Source of the DNA: Azolla caroliniana
Taxonomy: Eukaryota; Plantae; Polypodiophyta
Assembly (NCBI GenBank): GCA_043228905.1
Contig: JBHGNT010000003.1
Location: forward strand, 16,058,001-16,122,000
Direction of reading: 5' to 3'
Length of the DNA: 64,000 nt
The notes below the pieces were generated by a model that worked only from the letters and a program-made list of their open reading frames with translations, searched no databases and was not told the DNA's origin. Made by a program: the position numbers and the translations under genes. Below are positions 52,058-63,733 of the stretch, piece by piece; the first letter of the stretch is position 1; each line of letters opens with the position of its first letter.

Positions 52058-53470
52058 TTTCTCTCTAGCTATATTGCATATATAAAGTCATCCAAATATG
52101 TGCCTTCACTACTCTAACACATAATAATCAAAATGTGTGCCATCTATTGCACATTCTACTTGCTTGCATAGGTCCACTCCTTTTCTTTATTGATTCTATC
52201 CTTCAAAACCTCTTTATTCTACCTATAATGTTTGTGGATGTATAATAATGTATGCACAAGACTTATGCACTTGATCAAAATGGCACCATCTTTAATGTGT
52301 ACTTTCATTTTAAATCTTGAATTTTATAATAGTTACATGGTGCTCACATTGTAGGATGTCAAAGGCCAAGGAGAATTGGTCTTATGCATGAACTTGTTGA
52401 GCTTCCTTCAATTTATATTGTCATACGAAGCACTAAAAGTAGTTGGTGAATGTCACGAGGGAAAAGAAGTACTAGAAAACTACATACTTAGCGAGAAAGA
52501 AAGAAAGATATATTAACGTTTTCTAATATCCATTTGACTTATGATATGAAATTCCTCTTAAATTGTGTGCAAGTATGAAATTATATTGGAATGCAGAAGC
52601 TGTGAATATAACGATAACTTTCGCTATATCTCATTTGAAACAACGTGACTCTATATTTTGTAATCTCATCAATGAAAATTCAAACATATTTGAATGATGT
52701 CTAGAAGAATCAAATAAGCTCATGAAGAACAAAGATTAGAGTTATTTATATTGTTTCAAGCATAGTATGAACCATACGTGTATTTGCACTCGAGAATGTT
52801 TCAATCATTTGAGAATGGTAAACACCCTCGAAGTATGGTAAATACCATACTTTTGTATTCATTATATATTATAAGGTAAATGTATTTTTTTAAGGTGAGA
52901 AATTTAAGGTAAAAAAAGTAAAAAAAACATCAGAATGTTTTGATAACATACGCATTCTTATGAAAAGAATGTTTGCCAATGCATTCGAGTATATTACGTA
53001 CTATGGTTTCAAGGTCTATTATTAATTTCTAAAGTAAATTAATTATAAACTATTCTTCCTTTTACCATCTCGAAGTCATGATACATAGAACTATTTAATT
53101 TCCAAACCATGTGTATAGTAATGATACACGGAGACAATGGGAATAACCAACATTTGCATAAAAATGAGAACGCCTATAGAACCACAAAGTTTGAATTGAT
53201 TTCGTATGTTTTTTCACAGAATAATAATAATTTAATCTCTCCCTTTCTTCCGCTGGCGTGTTCTTTCTTTAATATGGCATATCGACATTAAAAAACTCCT
53301 CGTGAAGGGTTGAAACAAAATGGAGACGATTTGAGCTGAAATGTGGACCAAATTCAAGTTGGTGTGACACATCTAGGATATACATGTTATTTTTAATTTC
53401 ATGAATCAAAGGTGTATGTCTCATGAGGATGGAAAGCTTAATTATGTATGTTCCATTTTCATCTTCTTTT

Positions 53471-54003
53471 ACCATAGAACTTGCTAGCAAGTGAACCAAC
53501 ACTGATCTACTCAACATTTAGACTACAAATTTAAGTTTCACCTTATTGCTAACATTTCGAAGGTGGACAACAAGAGATTGGACTGTTGTTGAAAGGCGAA
53601 GGAGATTAACATTGGGTTTAATTCCCGGAAACCTCATGAGGTTTGACTCCATAAAACTTGCTAGCAAGTGAGCCAACATTGATCTACTCAGTATTTAGAC
53701 TATGAATTCAAGTTTCACCTTATAACTTACATTTCGAACTTAGGTGGACAACAAGAGATTGGACCGTTGTTGAAAGGCGAAGGAGATTAACACCTTTTTT
53801 GATTCCCAGAAGCCTCATGAGGTTTGATTCCATGGAACTTGCTAGCAAGTGAGCCAACACTGATCTACTCAGTATTTAAACTACAAATTTAAGTTTCACC
53901 TTATTATTAACATTTCCAAGGTGGACAACAAGAGATTGGATCGTTGTTGAAAGGCGAAGGAGATTAACACCGGGTTTGATGCTCGGAATCCTCATGAGGT
54001 TTA
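53471..54003. repeat. Tandem repeat 3 x ~180 bp
   Basis: CCAT..AACTTGCTAGCAAGTGA.CCAACA.TGATCTACTCA at 53471, 53649, 53830. Confidence 0.92.
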
Positions 54004-54136
54004 CATGAATTCTAACAAAGAAAAAACTTCATAGCTTCTTGATCCAAAAAGAAATCAAACTCTATGTTACGCTTTATTGATCACCAAGCATTGTCGCATG
54101 ACACTTGTCTAGTTGAGCCTGAGGTCACATTCCAAT

Positions 54137-54325
54137 GAAATGTAGTGGTAGAGAAAACAAATACATTAGAATTATAGGCTGCACATTATTCCTTGGTTTT
54201 TCTCATTAGTTGTACAAAACTTGCATACGAAATGTAGTGTTAGAGAAAACAAAGACATTACAATAATAGGCCGCACATTATTCCTTGGTTTTTCTCATTA
54301 GTAGTACAAAACTTGCATACGAAAT
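54137..54325. repeat. Tandem duplication 2 x 92 bp
   Basis: GAAATGTAGTG.TAGAGAAAACAAA at 54137 and 54229. Confidence 0.92.
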
Positions 54326-54914
54326 TCGCCATATTTCCCCCACACTTACAATATCATGAGCAAATGAGTGGGATCAAATTAAGTGAAAACAAGCTATAAC
54401 CATTCACATGAAAGCAAAAAAGTGACACATGGAAGCAAAAAAGTGATCGACACTGGTAGATATATGGAGCACATCTCCTTGAGATTACATCATAATGAAA
54501 TCACCATCGATATCACTATTTTTTGTCCTACCTCCACCCACACCTACTCTGTAGCACAAAGAAGAATCTAAGAAGTTATACCTGTAATTTATGAGAGAAG
54601 TGCATGACATCAATGGAGAAGAGTACTCTTTCACACATGATCACTACTACACAACAAAGCGTTAGTGACACAAAAACACGTTATCGTGAAGTTATGCACG
54701 TGCATGTGAATTAGAGTGGGACCATGGGGGACTTGAACCAGAGACGATGAGTTGACTGAAGTCTTTTAAGTTGAGAGTGCTTGAGAATTTTGATGTTCAC
54801 ACTAACAACCCTTTATGAAGTTTAAATTTTCTTCCTTAACATTTCATTTATGAGAGCATATAAGCTTCATGTTAGTAAATGAAGAGATGGGATCGTAGAT
54901 CTGTGAGGAAGATA

Positions 54915-55410
54915 TGTTGAAATGTACCTACAGAACACGAAAACAAAAAATACACAAAATACACAGGTTTTACGTGGGAACCCTAACACAAGGAAAAACC
55001 ATGGGAGAACAAATCAAGTCATTATAAAGTGGATATACAAGAGAAGGAAACCAAATTACAACCTTTGCACAACAGAGTATTCCCCTTAGGGTTCAGACAA
55101 CAAGTACCTCTCTTGACTGTGTCTGCGCATGAGCTTTATTGTTGTCAGTATGGATCTTCACAAGGGTAAACTCTCCTTCTTCCACTTTCTCCCGCAACCA
55201 GTGATACCTCCTCTGTATACGTTTGGTCTGGGAATGGTACACAACATTCTTGGCTAGATGTATGAAGCTTTAGTTGTCACAATGAAGCAAAGGGAGTGCA
55301 AGAACTCCCTTTGCTTCATTCCCGACTCATTGAGTGTGAAAATTTCTCATCCAAATCAGCTCTTTGCCGGCCTCTATTGTTGCTATATACTCTGCCTCTG
55401 TGGTCGACAA
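54915..55410 (-). mobile_element. Probable copia-type LTR fragment, interrupted at 55411
   Basis: TGTTGAAATG edge and TTTTACGTGGGAACCCTAA..GGAAAAACCATGG motif shared with the copia LTRs at ~5360-5400, ~13490-13525 and ~63580-63620. Confidence 0.55.
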
Positions 55411-57412
55411 TGTCATAGACATATTCCATGGAAGAAGATAGGGATTGAACCCAAGACCTCATGGTCTCTATTAGGCAACCCTACCAATTGAGCTACATAT
55501 GAATCCGTGTATTAATTTCAACTTATAGTATAGATTGAAACATTGAAAGTTCCTAACTTGCATGCATCCTCATTTCTAGCTTGCACACATTCTCATGCAT
55601 TCTCTATTGCATGCATCCTCATGCATTCTCTATTTCTAGCTGGCTTACATAGCCCTACCTTCTTGTATAAATACTCAGGTGCACCTTGATTCTAATCAAG
55701 GTGAACAAACTGTCACAGACAAGTATAATAGAGTAGAGCGAAGACAAAACTAGAAAACAAGAGGGATGAAAAGAACAAGAACTCAACTTATAGAATCAAC
55801 GGTCGAGTTCTCTCTTCGGGGGCGGTTACCGAAGCTACTATCCCATTGGTACTTCATGTTGGGGCGCATTAGGAGGAACTCACATTCTACCTTATCACAA
55901 CCCGTCGACATCCGATTGTGTTGGGGCTATCTTGGTTGGAGAAACACAATCCGACATTGGATTGGTGTAACCGCTCCATCACTTTTCCAGTAAGGCCAAT
56001 TCTTGCTAGATCACGACACTCTCTTGATTCCATTGCGGTCGAGTCCGGTTTGGTCGCTACACTGGCCGTTGTGTCAGGGGACATCACCGTTCCTATCAAC
56101 AATTTACCCATATGATATAGCAAGTTTTCCAACATCTTCGAAAAGCGGAATGCCGATCGGTTACTGGCTCATCGTCCCTATGATTGCCCAATCGAACTCC
56201 AAGTTGGCGAGCATCCCCCATTCGGTCCTATGATATCTATGGGTTATTTGAACCTGAATTTGAGGCTCTCTGCACATATCGGGCTGAGAATCTCGCGAAG
56301 GGCTTCTATCACTAGCAAGGGCACCAATCTTATTTGTCAAAAAGAAGGACGACTCCTTACGCTTATGTGTGGATTATCGGGGTTGCAATAAAGTTATGGT
56401 GTGTAATCGTTACCCCCGCCTTTAATATTGGCGCTCCTCGATCGACTCCGAACTGGGCATATCTTCTCCAAAATTGACCTTCGGGGAGCCTACAATTTGG
56501 TGCGCATCAAGCCTGGGGATGAGTGGAAAATGGCTTTTCCGACGCGCTATGGACATTTCGAGTACAAAGTGATGCCATTCGGCCTAACCAACACTCCGAC
56601 CGTCTTCCAACACATGATGAACGATATTTTTCGAGAGTATCTCCATCATTTCGTGGTCATCTACCTTGACGACATCCTAGTTTTTTCTTCTAACTGGGAG
56701 GAGCACACACACCATGTCCGACTGGTTCTCACCAAACTCCGGGAATATGGGCTCTTCGCCAAAAGTGAAAAATGCGAATTCAATCAGACCTCTATCGAAT
56801 TCTTGGGTTACATGATCTCACCTACCGGGAGCACAATGGATGAGCGCAAGGTAGCAACAATCAATGATTGGCCTCCCCCGGCTCGGCTGAAAGAGGTACA
56901 ATCGTTTCTTGGTTTTGCAAATTTTTATAGATGATTTATAGACAGGTTCTCTTCCCTAGTCCAACCTCTCATCCAGATTACTCGGAAAGATACTCCATTT
57001 CTTTGGACCCTTGCGGCACACAATGCTTTTAATGCCCTCAAAGCAGCTTTTCTCTCCGCCCCCGTGTTAGTCCACCTCGACCCCACCCGCCCTTTCCAGA
57101 TTGAAATCGACGCCTCCGACTTTGCCATAGGTGCGATGACGATGGCACCCTGCATCCAGTCTCCTTCTACTCTCAGAAGTTTACAACCCCGGAAATCAAT
57201 TATCTGGTCTACGACAAGGAGCTTGCAACTATCATCTCGGCCTTCACCGAATGGTGACCCTATCTAGCTGGGGCCCAAAATCGTATTCAGGTGCTGACCA
57301 ACCACAAGAATCTCATCTACCTCACCACCACTTGTACGTTGAATCGGAGGCAAGCTCATTGGTTATCATTTCTCACCGACTACGACTTCGAAATCTTGTT
57401 TCAACCCGACGT
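55411..57412 (+). mobile_element. Rearranged Tcn1-like Ty3/gypsy relic: LTR U3 (55411-55710), inverted U5 (55711-55800), protease end, RT, RNase H
   Basis: TGTCATAGACAT start as in the 20152 LTR; [45 protein letters not shown]; several stops and frameshifts. Confidence 0.88.
55441..55495 (-). promoter_or_regulatory. tRNA-like A-box/B-box module in LTR U3, antisense to element
   Basis: Minus strand TAGCTCAATTGG (55495-55484; canonical A box), then 32 nt, then GGTTCAATCCC (55451-55441). Confidence 0.72.
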
Positions 57413-60400
57413 TCAATCATTTTCAAAAGTGATCCAGCGAGTAGCCGAGGAGTCACTCCGTTTGCAACAAGATTTCCACCCCGACGAAGGAAGCAACTTG
57501 AGTAGTCTTCGGGAAACAGAATCCCTTCTGCAGGCATTAGCTGTAGGAGATGGCGATTCAGAACCATTTTCAGCCTTTGAATCAGACTCGGATGGCGAAT
57601 ATAGCGCGCATTCTAATTACTGCAGCAGTCACGACACCCCAGACGGACCGGCGGACGAGGAATCGGATACCTTACTGACACTTGAACCAGAATTGACAGA
57701 GCTGGAAGCCACAGATCGGCCAAGGATTGAGCAAACCCCAACACCCGAAGCCAAGGCGGAAAGACCTCCCACAGAGGAAGAAAGACCTCCGACAACGGGG
57801 GAAGAAAGACCTCCGACGGAGGAGGAAGAGAGACCTCCGACACCACCAACTCACGTCCCAACACTGGACAACGACATGTCGTTTCAATATCCCAAGTATT
57901 GGGATGATCCGGACGTAGAGGCCCATGTCTATGCATTTCAGCAGACTTGGGAAGCGAATTATGTGTCACAACACTTAACCACGGCAGAAGCAGAACACTC
58001 AAAGATGGCGGAGTTCAACACGACCCTGGAGGGGCCCGCCGCTAGATGGGGCCTGACGCAACATCCCAGTACCATCACAACGTTTGAGGCCTTGAAAACT
58101 AAATTCTTACATTTTTTTCACAAAGAGGTGGATCAACGGGAAATGGTCGGCCTATTCTATACCATTAGGCAGGAGCCCACGGAGAACATTCAACAATTTG
58201 TAATCTGATTCCAGAGAATGCACAACCAGCTCAGTCGGGCACCACCGGAGGAAGAGACTAAGGCGATATTCCTAGCAGCACTCTGGGAACCCCTACAAAC
58301 GGTGTGCACAGTCATTGATTTCCGCACGAGTTCCGTCGACCAGGTCATAGACTGAGTCAGGGAAATGGAAAACTCCAGCTCGTGGCTGACGATGGGGGCA
58401 CTCCAACGAATGTTACCGACTGATGAAGACCTCCGCTTTCGACAAGCAATTCAATGTACGACTTGCTTGAATGTCGGACATTCAAGCAAGAGTGCACCAT
58501 GCGTTCTCAATGCCTACTTTGCCATTCTAGAAACCACACAATGGATCGGTGCGAGTATAACTTGCTGAATCAGCAAGCACCACTGGTCCGGCAAATCGAA
58601 CCATGGAGCAACCAGGAGGAGGAAGAAGAGCGTTGGCGGCGAGAGGAGCGTTACCGGCCGACACAAGATGTCCGGTACGGTGATCGAAGAAACGCTTATG
58701 ACTACAACCGGTATGATAGATATGATAGACATCGGGATTATAATGGGGAACGGAATGAGCGATTCAACTGGGATCACTCCCCCGGATACAACCCCCAAAG
58801 GGAGGACTATGGCAAGTATGACGACCAGCTCCGACAGGAATTCCGGAACAAAAAACATTTCTACAAAAAATGGCATTTCAATAAAAAAGGGGGTCACCTA
58901 CGGGAGCCGGAACAGGGTACATCAAACAACCAACTAGACCAAGGCCAAGCACTTACCACAGGACCTCAATCGGGTGCCGGGGCGAAAGCAGAATCCAGCA
59001 TCACCCGGAAGGCATACTGCTACTATTGCCGACAAGAGGGACACTACAGTAACCAATGTCTGGCGAAAAGCTACGATAAGCGACCAGTGGTAAACATGGT
59101 GGCAGTGGAGGTCGTGGACTTACAACAAGTGACCACGAGGGAAAAAGGATAAGCAACGGAGTGGGAAACCCAAGAAGCCATCCAGAAGCAGGCCACCGAA
59201 TGGGTAAAGAAGGCAAACGAGCAGAATGTGGCAGAATTGGAACAACGAAAGGAGAACCTAGAGGAGCCAACTGGCAATAGCCAAGCAGAAAACCCAACAT
59301 GGCAAGCGTTGCAAGAATGCCAAATCACGCTTCCATTAGGTCGGCTATTGCAGTTAGTACCTCGGTTTACGGAAGGATTGAAGACGGAATGACTGCGGTC
59401 GGCACGCCACCGGCTCCGGCATTCTTTTCTAATCCGGAGGAAGGACCGACGGTAGTGGACACAAGCAGTCCGACTATCACAACCATCGTCAAGGGACAAG
59501 AGCTATCCGGAATGATTATAGACGGAGGATCCATCGTGAATGTAATTAGCGTCCGAACTTGTAATACCCTGGGAATCCAGGACTAGGAGCCGTGCCCGTT
59601 TTGGCTCCGGATGGTGGACACAAGTTCAGTAAGACCTACCAGATTGATACGAGACTTGGAAGTGACTATCAGAGGTCACGCATTCCGCATTTCGGCAGTA
59701 ATCCTCTAGCTCAATGCACAAGGAGCATACGCACTATTGCTGGCCCGGCCATGGTTAAAAACAACGCACATCAAGCAAAACTGGCGGAAAAACATAATCA
59801 CTTTTCGGTGCGGCAAAGCGAAAGTACGGGTACCTACACAACCACGTTCGAGTACCGGCAAGGAGCTGACACCCCTGTATGCGGAATGTGTCAACATGCT
59901 TGAAGGATTGGCTGATGAAGAGGTCGATCAGTACTTATAGGAGAATCCAAAAATTGTACCCTTATTTGAAGTTGATGTCGCCGAAGCAGTGGCACCATAC
60001 ATAATACCGGAGGAGGCCGGTGAAGAACTGGATAAGGAAGCCATCAGAGAGTTACGGCAAGCGCAAGAAGCTTTGGAGAAGGAATTGGCAATATCTCAAC
60101 GTGTAAAAGCCTCTCAGCTGGAAGAGGTAAACCTAGGCACCGTAGAAGACACAAGACCGGTTCACATCGCCAAAGAAACGACTCCCGAAAGGAAGACGAC
60201 AATGATCACTTTAGTAAAGGAGTTCCGGGACGTGTTTGCGTGGTCTTACGAGGACATGCGGGGGCTAGACCCTCAGTTGTATCAACACAAGATACATCTG
60301 AGTAAGGACGCCAAGCCGGTGGCGCAACGACGCTACAGGATGAACCCTAACTATGCAGCAAAAGTAAAGCACGAAACCAACAAATTGTTACGGGTAGGGT

Positions 60401-62570
60401 TCATCCGACCGGTCAAGAAGGCGATGTGGCTGAGTCCGATAGTCGTCGTACCGAAAAAGAACAGAAAAATCCGATGTGTCAACTACCGGAAGTTGAATGC
60501 GGCAACGGTAACCGATGCATTCCCACTCCCATTTACGGATGGAGTCTTGGATGTGGTAGCCGGTCACGAAGTGTATAGTTTCCTGGACGGGTTCAGCGGC
60601 TACAATCAGATCGGGATGCACCCCGACGACCAGGGGAAAACCGCTTTTGTTACCGAATGGGGAGTATTTGTCGCCGTAGTCATGATGTTCGGACTTAAAA
60701 CGACGTCGGCAACCTTTCAGCAAATAATCATGGAGATTTTCGTAGAATTTATTCCAGTATTCATGCAGGTGTTCTTAGATGATTTTGCCGTGTACAGCTA
60801 GGAAGGGGAACACCTCCAATACCTCCGACTATGTCTTGAGAAATGTGGGGTTTACCGGTTAAGCCTTAACCCGACGAAATGCGTGTTCGGTGTTTCAAGC
60901 GGTGCACTACTGGGCCACATCGTTAGCAAGGACGGTATTGCAGTAGACCCGAACAAGGTCAAAGCAATTTTGGAGGCACCAGCACCCACCACGACGAAAG
61001 CATTGAGTCGGTTCCTAGGACAAGTGGTGGAGAGCTTGACGACATTCTATGCGATGGTGCACAAGCGAAGCACTCCATATTATCCGCAAGCCAACGGATT
61101 AGCGGAATCCACAAATAAGCCACTACAAAACATCCTCAAAAAAATCGTCAATGAGAACCAGAAGGATTGGGATACAAAGCTGCACAGTGCACTTTGGGCC
61201 TACCGGACAACATATAAGACAAGTATCCGGACAACGCCTTTCCGATTGGCATTCGGATTGGAAGCGGTAATGCCGATCAAGTTCCAGGTTCCCAGCTTGC
61301 GGTTGTAGGTTAGGGAACGCGTGAACGAGAAGGAGTTGGAAACCATCCGGCTAGCAGCACTATGGAACTGGAGGAACACCGGATTGCCAGCCTGATGCAC
61401 ATGGAACTGGAGCAACGGAGAAGGAAAGAATTCGTCGATCGACATCGGAAAGGTAACGAAAAAAGGTTCGGGATCGGCAAGCCAGTACTTGTATTCTAGA
61501 CCCGGATGGGTAAGATGCCAGGGAAGCTACGGATTTGGTGGACCGGACCATATTGGATTACACGGGAGTTCAACGGTTCTTACTAGCTAGGAACACTCAC
61601 CGGCGAAGTTATGGGTAAATGGGTGCATGGGTTTCGACTCAAACCATACTATGGACCCATGCCAAGGAACCTGTTTGAGCAGACAAAGGCCGACACCGCA
61701 CCGGACACCGGTAAGCACGACGAGACGATAACCGGTCATGCAATCAGCAAGCACAATTCGGAGGAGGGTTCGTTTGGGCCAGATTAACAAGATGGGATTA
61801 AAAAAGAAGAAGAAGAAAAAATCGAATCAAATCGAATCAAACCTAAACTATGCGATGGCGAGGAGCGAATGGCCACATGCAACGAAAAGGAGGGGTGAAC
61901 GGGCACTTTGAAAAGACAAGTAGTGGCCTATTTATAGCGCATTAAAACACCGCCATGTGGCACTTCATTGCCATTATAGTACATGACATTTGCATGCGCA
62001 AGAATCGAGAAAGGTGCGAACATACAAAAAGAAAACCTACACCGCATGGAGGCCTTCTCATTTCGCGAACAGAGAATTGCAAACACACATAGGCGATTGA
62101 AGATAAGCAGACACGAGCACCCAGAGCACCCAGAGCCCCCTAACGCACCTACCTCATCAGCAACCACCGACTCAGAAGGAGAAATGGACTGCATGACGCT
62201 CTCTGAAGCAGCCAAGAAGTGGTTAAAGCAACACGGATTGGAAGGATTCCTGAGGATCATGGAGGCACTACCACACAAAGAAGCGAAAAGGGTTGTTAGA
62301 GCCATCGACACAGAAGAAATCACAGAAGAGGACATTCGTGCCTTGATGGGCCTACCTGAGGGCGGTATCTTCACCATCGACAACCCTACCCCGGAGCAGC
62401 TCACGAAATACTTCGGTGAGTATTCTCTGGCCAGCAAGGCATATCGCACACAGGGTGGCGAGGAGGGCTTATTTCGGGAGATTGCTCGTGTACTGCATGA
62501 ATATGGCCATGTGTACCCTCGACCCCCGGCAATGCCTAGGAACAGAGCCGGGTTAATTATCGCCACATAC

Positions 62571-62982
62571 GAAGGTATATAGGTGGACTGGTCGGTGCTG
62601 ATCGCCGACGGACTGCTTGCGGCCATCAACTCGGTAAGAGGGAAGGATGGAAGGGAAATATGGTCGGCGATGGCACAATGGCTCACACTGTTAGCACCAC
62701 CAGTGGAGTGCAACACGGCAAAGAAGCGGGGAAGATCAGCCGAAGGAACTGTTGGGAGACAAGTCCCTCCGGATGGGAAGGTATATAGGTGGACTGGTCG
62801 GTGCTGATCGCCAACGGACTGCTTGCGGCCATCAACTCGGTAAGAGGGAAGGATGGAAGGAAAATATGGTCGGCAATGGCACAATGGGTCACACTGTTAA
62901 CACCACCAGTGGAGTGCAACACGACAAAGAAGCGGGGAAGATCAGCCGAAGGAACTGTTGGGAGACAGGTCCCTCCGGATGG
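62571..62982. repeat. Tandem duplication 2 x 206 bp including the first ~27 bp of the solo LTR
   Basis: GAAGGTATATAGGTGGACTGG at 62571 and 62777; GAAGG microhomology at the breakpoints. Confidence 0.92.
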
Positions 62983-63733
62983 GAAGGGAGAAGAACAATG
63001 CTGATGAACAAACTCGCCTGAGGCTGAAAGGCCGAGGTCAAAACCGTATGACGAGTACCCGGCTACGCAGAGCCGGATGGTGCAGACCCGGTGAGAACCG
63101 GATGAGGAGTACCCGGCTACGGAGAGCTGGATGGTGCAGACGTGGTGAGAACTGGATGAGGAGTACCCGGTCACGGAGAGCCGGATGGTACAAACCTGGT
63201 GAGAACCGGATGAGCAGTACCCGACTACGAAGAGCCGGATGGTGCTGACCCGGTGAGGAATGCTCACCGGATGAAGAGACATATTCGTAAATATGTTTCT
63301 GAGAGTCCATGGAGGCTATATTTGTAAATAGCCGAAAAGTCATATTAGTATAAATATGACTTAGGGCAAACTTTTAGTTACTACTGTTGTTGTCATTCTT
63401 GTTGGTGCAAGGAAAGAGAGAGCGCGTAACTATGTACAGAGAGAGAGAGAGAGAGAGAAAGAGGTTGTTGCCTCTGTTGTAACCGCCGCCTGTGGCGAGG
63501 ATCATGAGCACGAGGTCGTTGCCTCCGTAAACTCACTGTTGTACATTCTAACATAGTGATAGTTTGCAGCCTGTGGGCTACCGTGGTTTTTTTCCCTTAG
63601 TTTGGGTTTTCCACGTAAACATCCTGTGTACTCCTCTCTTCTTCGTGTCGTGCTTTATTTCCCGTTTTCTGTGTATGATTCTAAGCTCGGTGGTGGCCGA
63701 GCGTTGCGTATAGGGAGCGTTTAGTTCCTGTTA
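62956..63733 (+). mobile_element. Copia-family solo LTR (778 bp) containing 4 x 54-bp U3 tandem repeat (63042-63257)
   Basis: TGTTGGG start and perfect TSD GGAAC (62951-62955, 63734-63738). Removal restores the extra-ORF frame SAEGTSKSASKRQQ. Same family as the LTR at 5350-5906. Confidence 0.9.

Noticed and set aside
54720-54745. Isolated B-box-like GGTTCAAGTCC (minus); similar weak motif near 39310
   Set aside because: No convincing A box at tRNA spacing and no LTR/SINE boundaries.
55436-55500. Functional tRNA genes here and at 3880-3950 and 20040-20105
   Set aside because: A/B boxes and partial D/T arms are present, but acceptor and anticodon stems do not pair and all lie inside LTRs; reported as promoter-like modules instead.
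61928-62884. 318-aa minus-strand ORF and other antisense ORFs across 21932-30753
   Set aside because: Shadows of the plus-strand TE ORFs, lengthened by the 206-bp duplication; not kept open in the other copy.
63042-63257. CRISPR-like array (also 41610-41760, 53471-54003)
   Set aside because: Contiguous tandem units without unique spacers, eukaryotic context and no cas genes.
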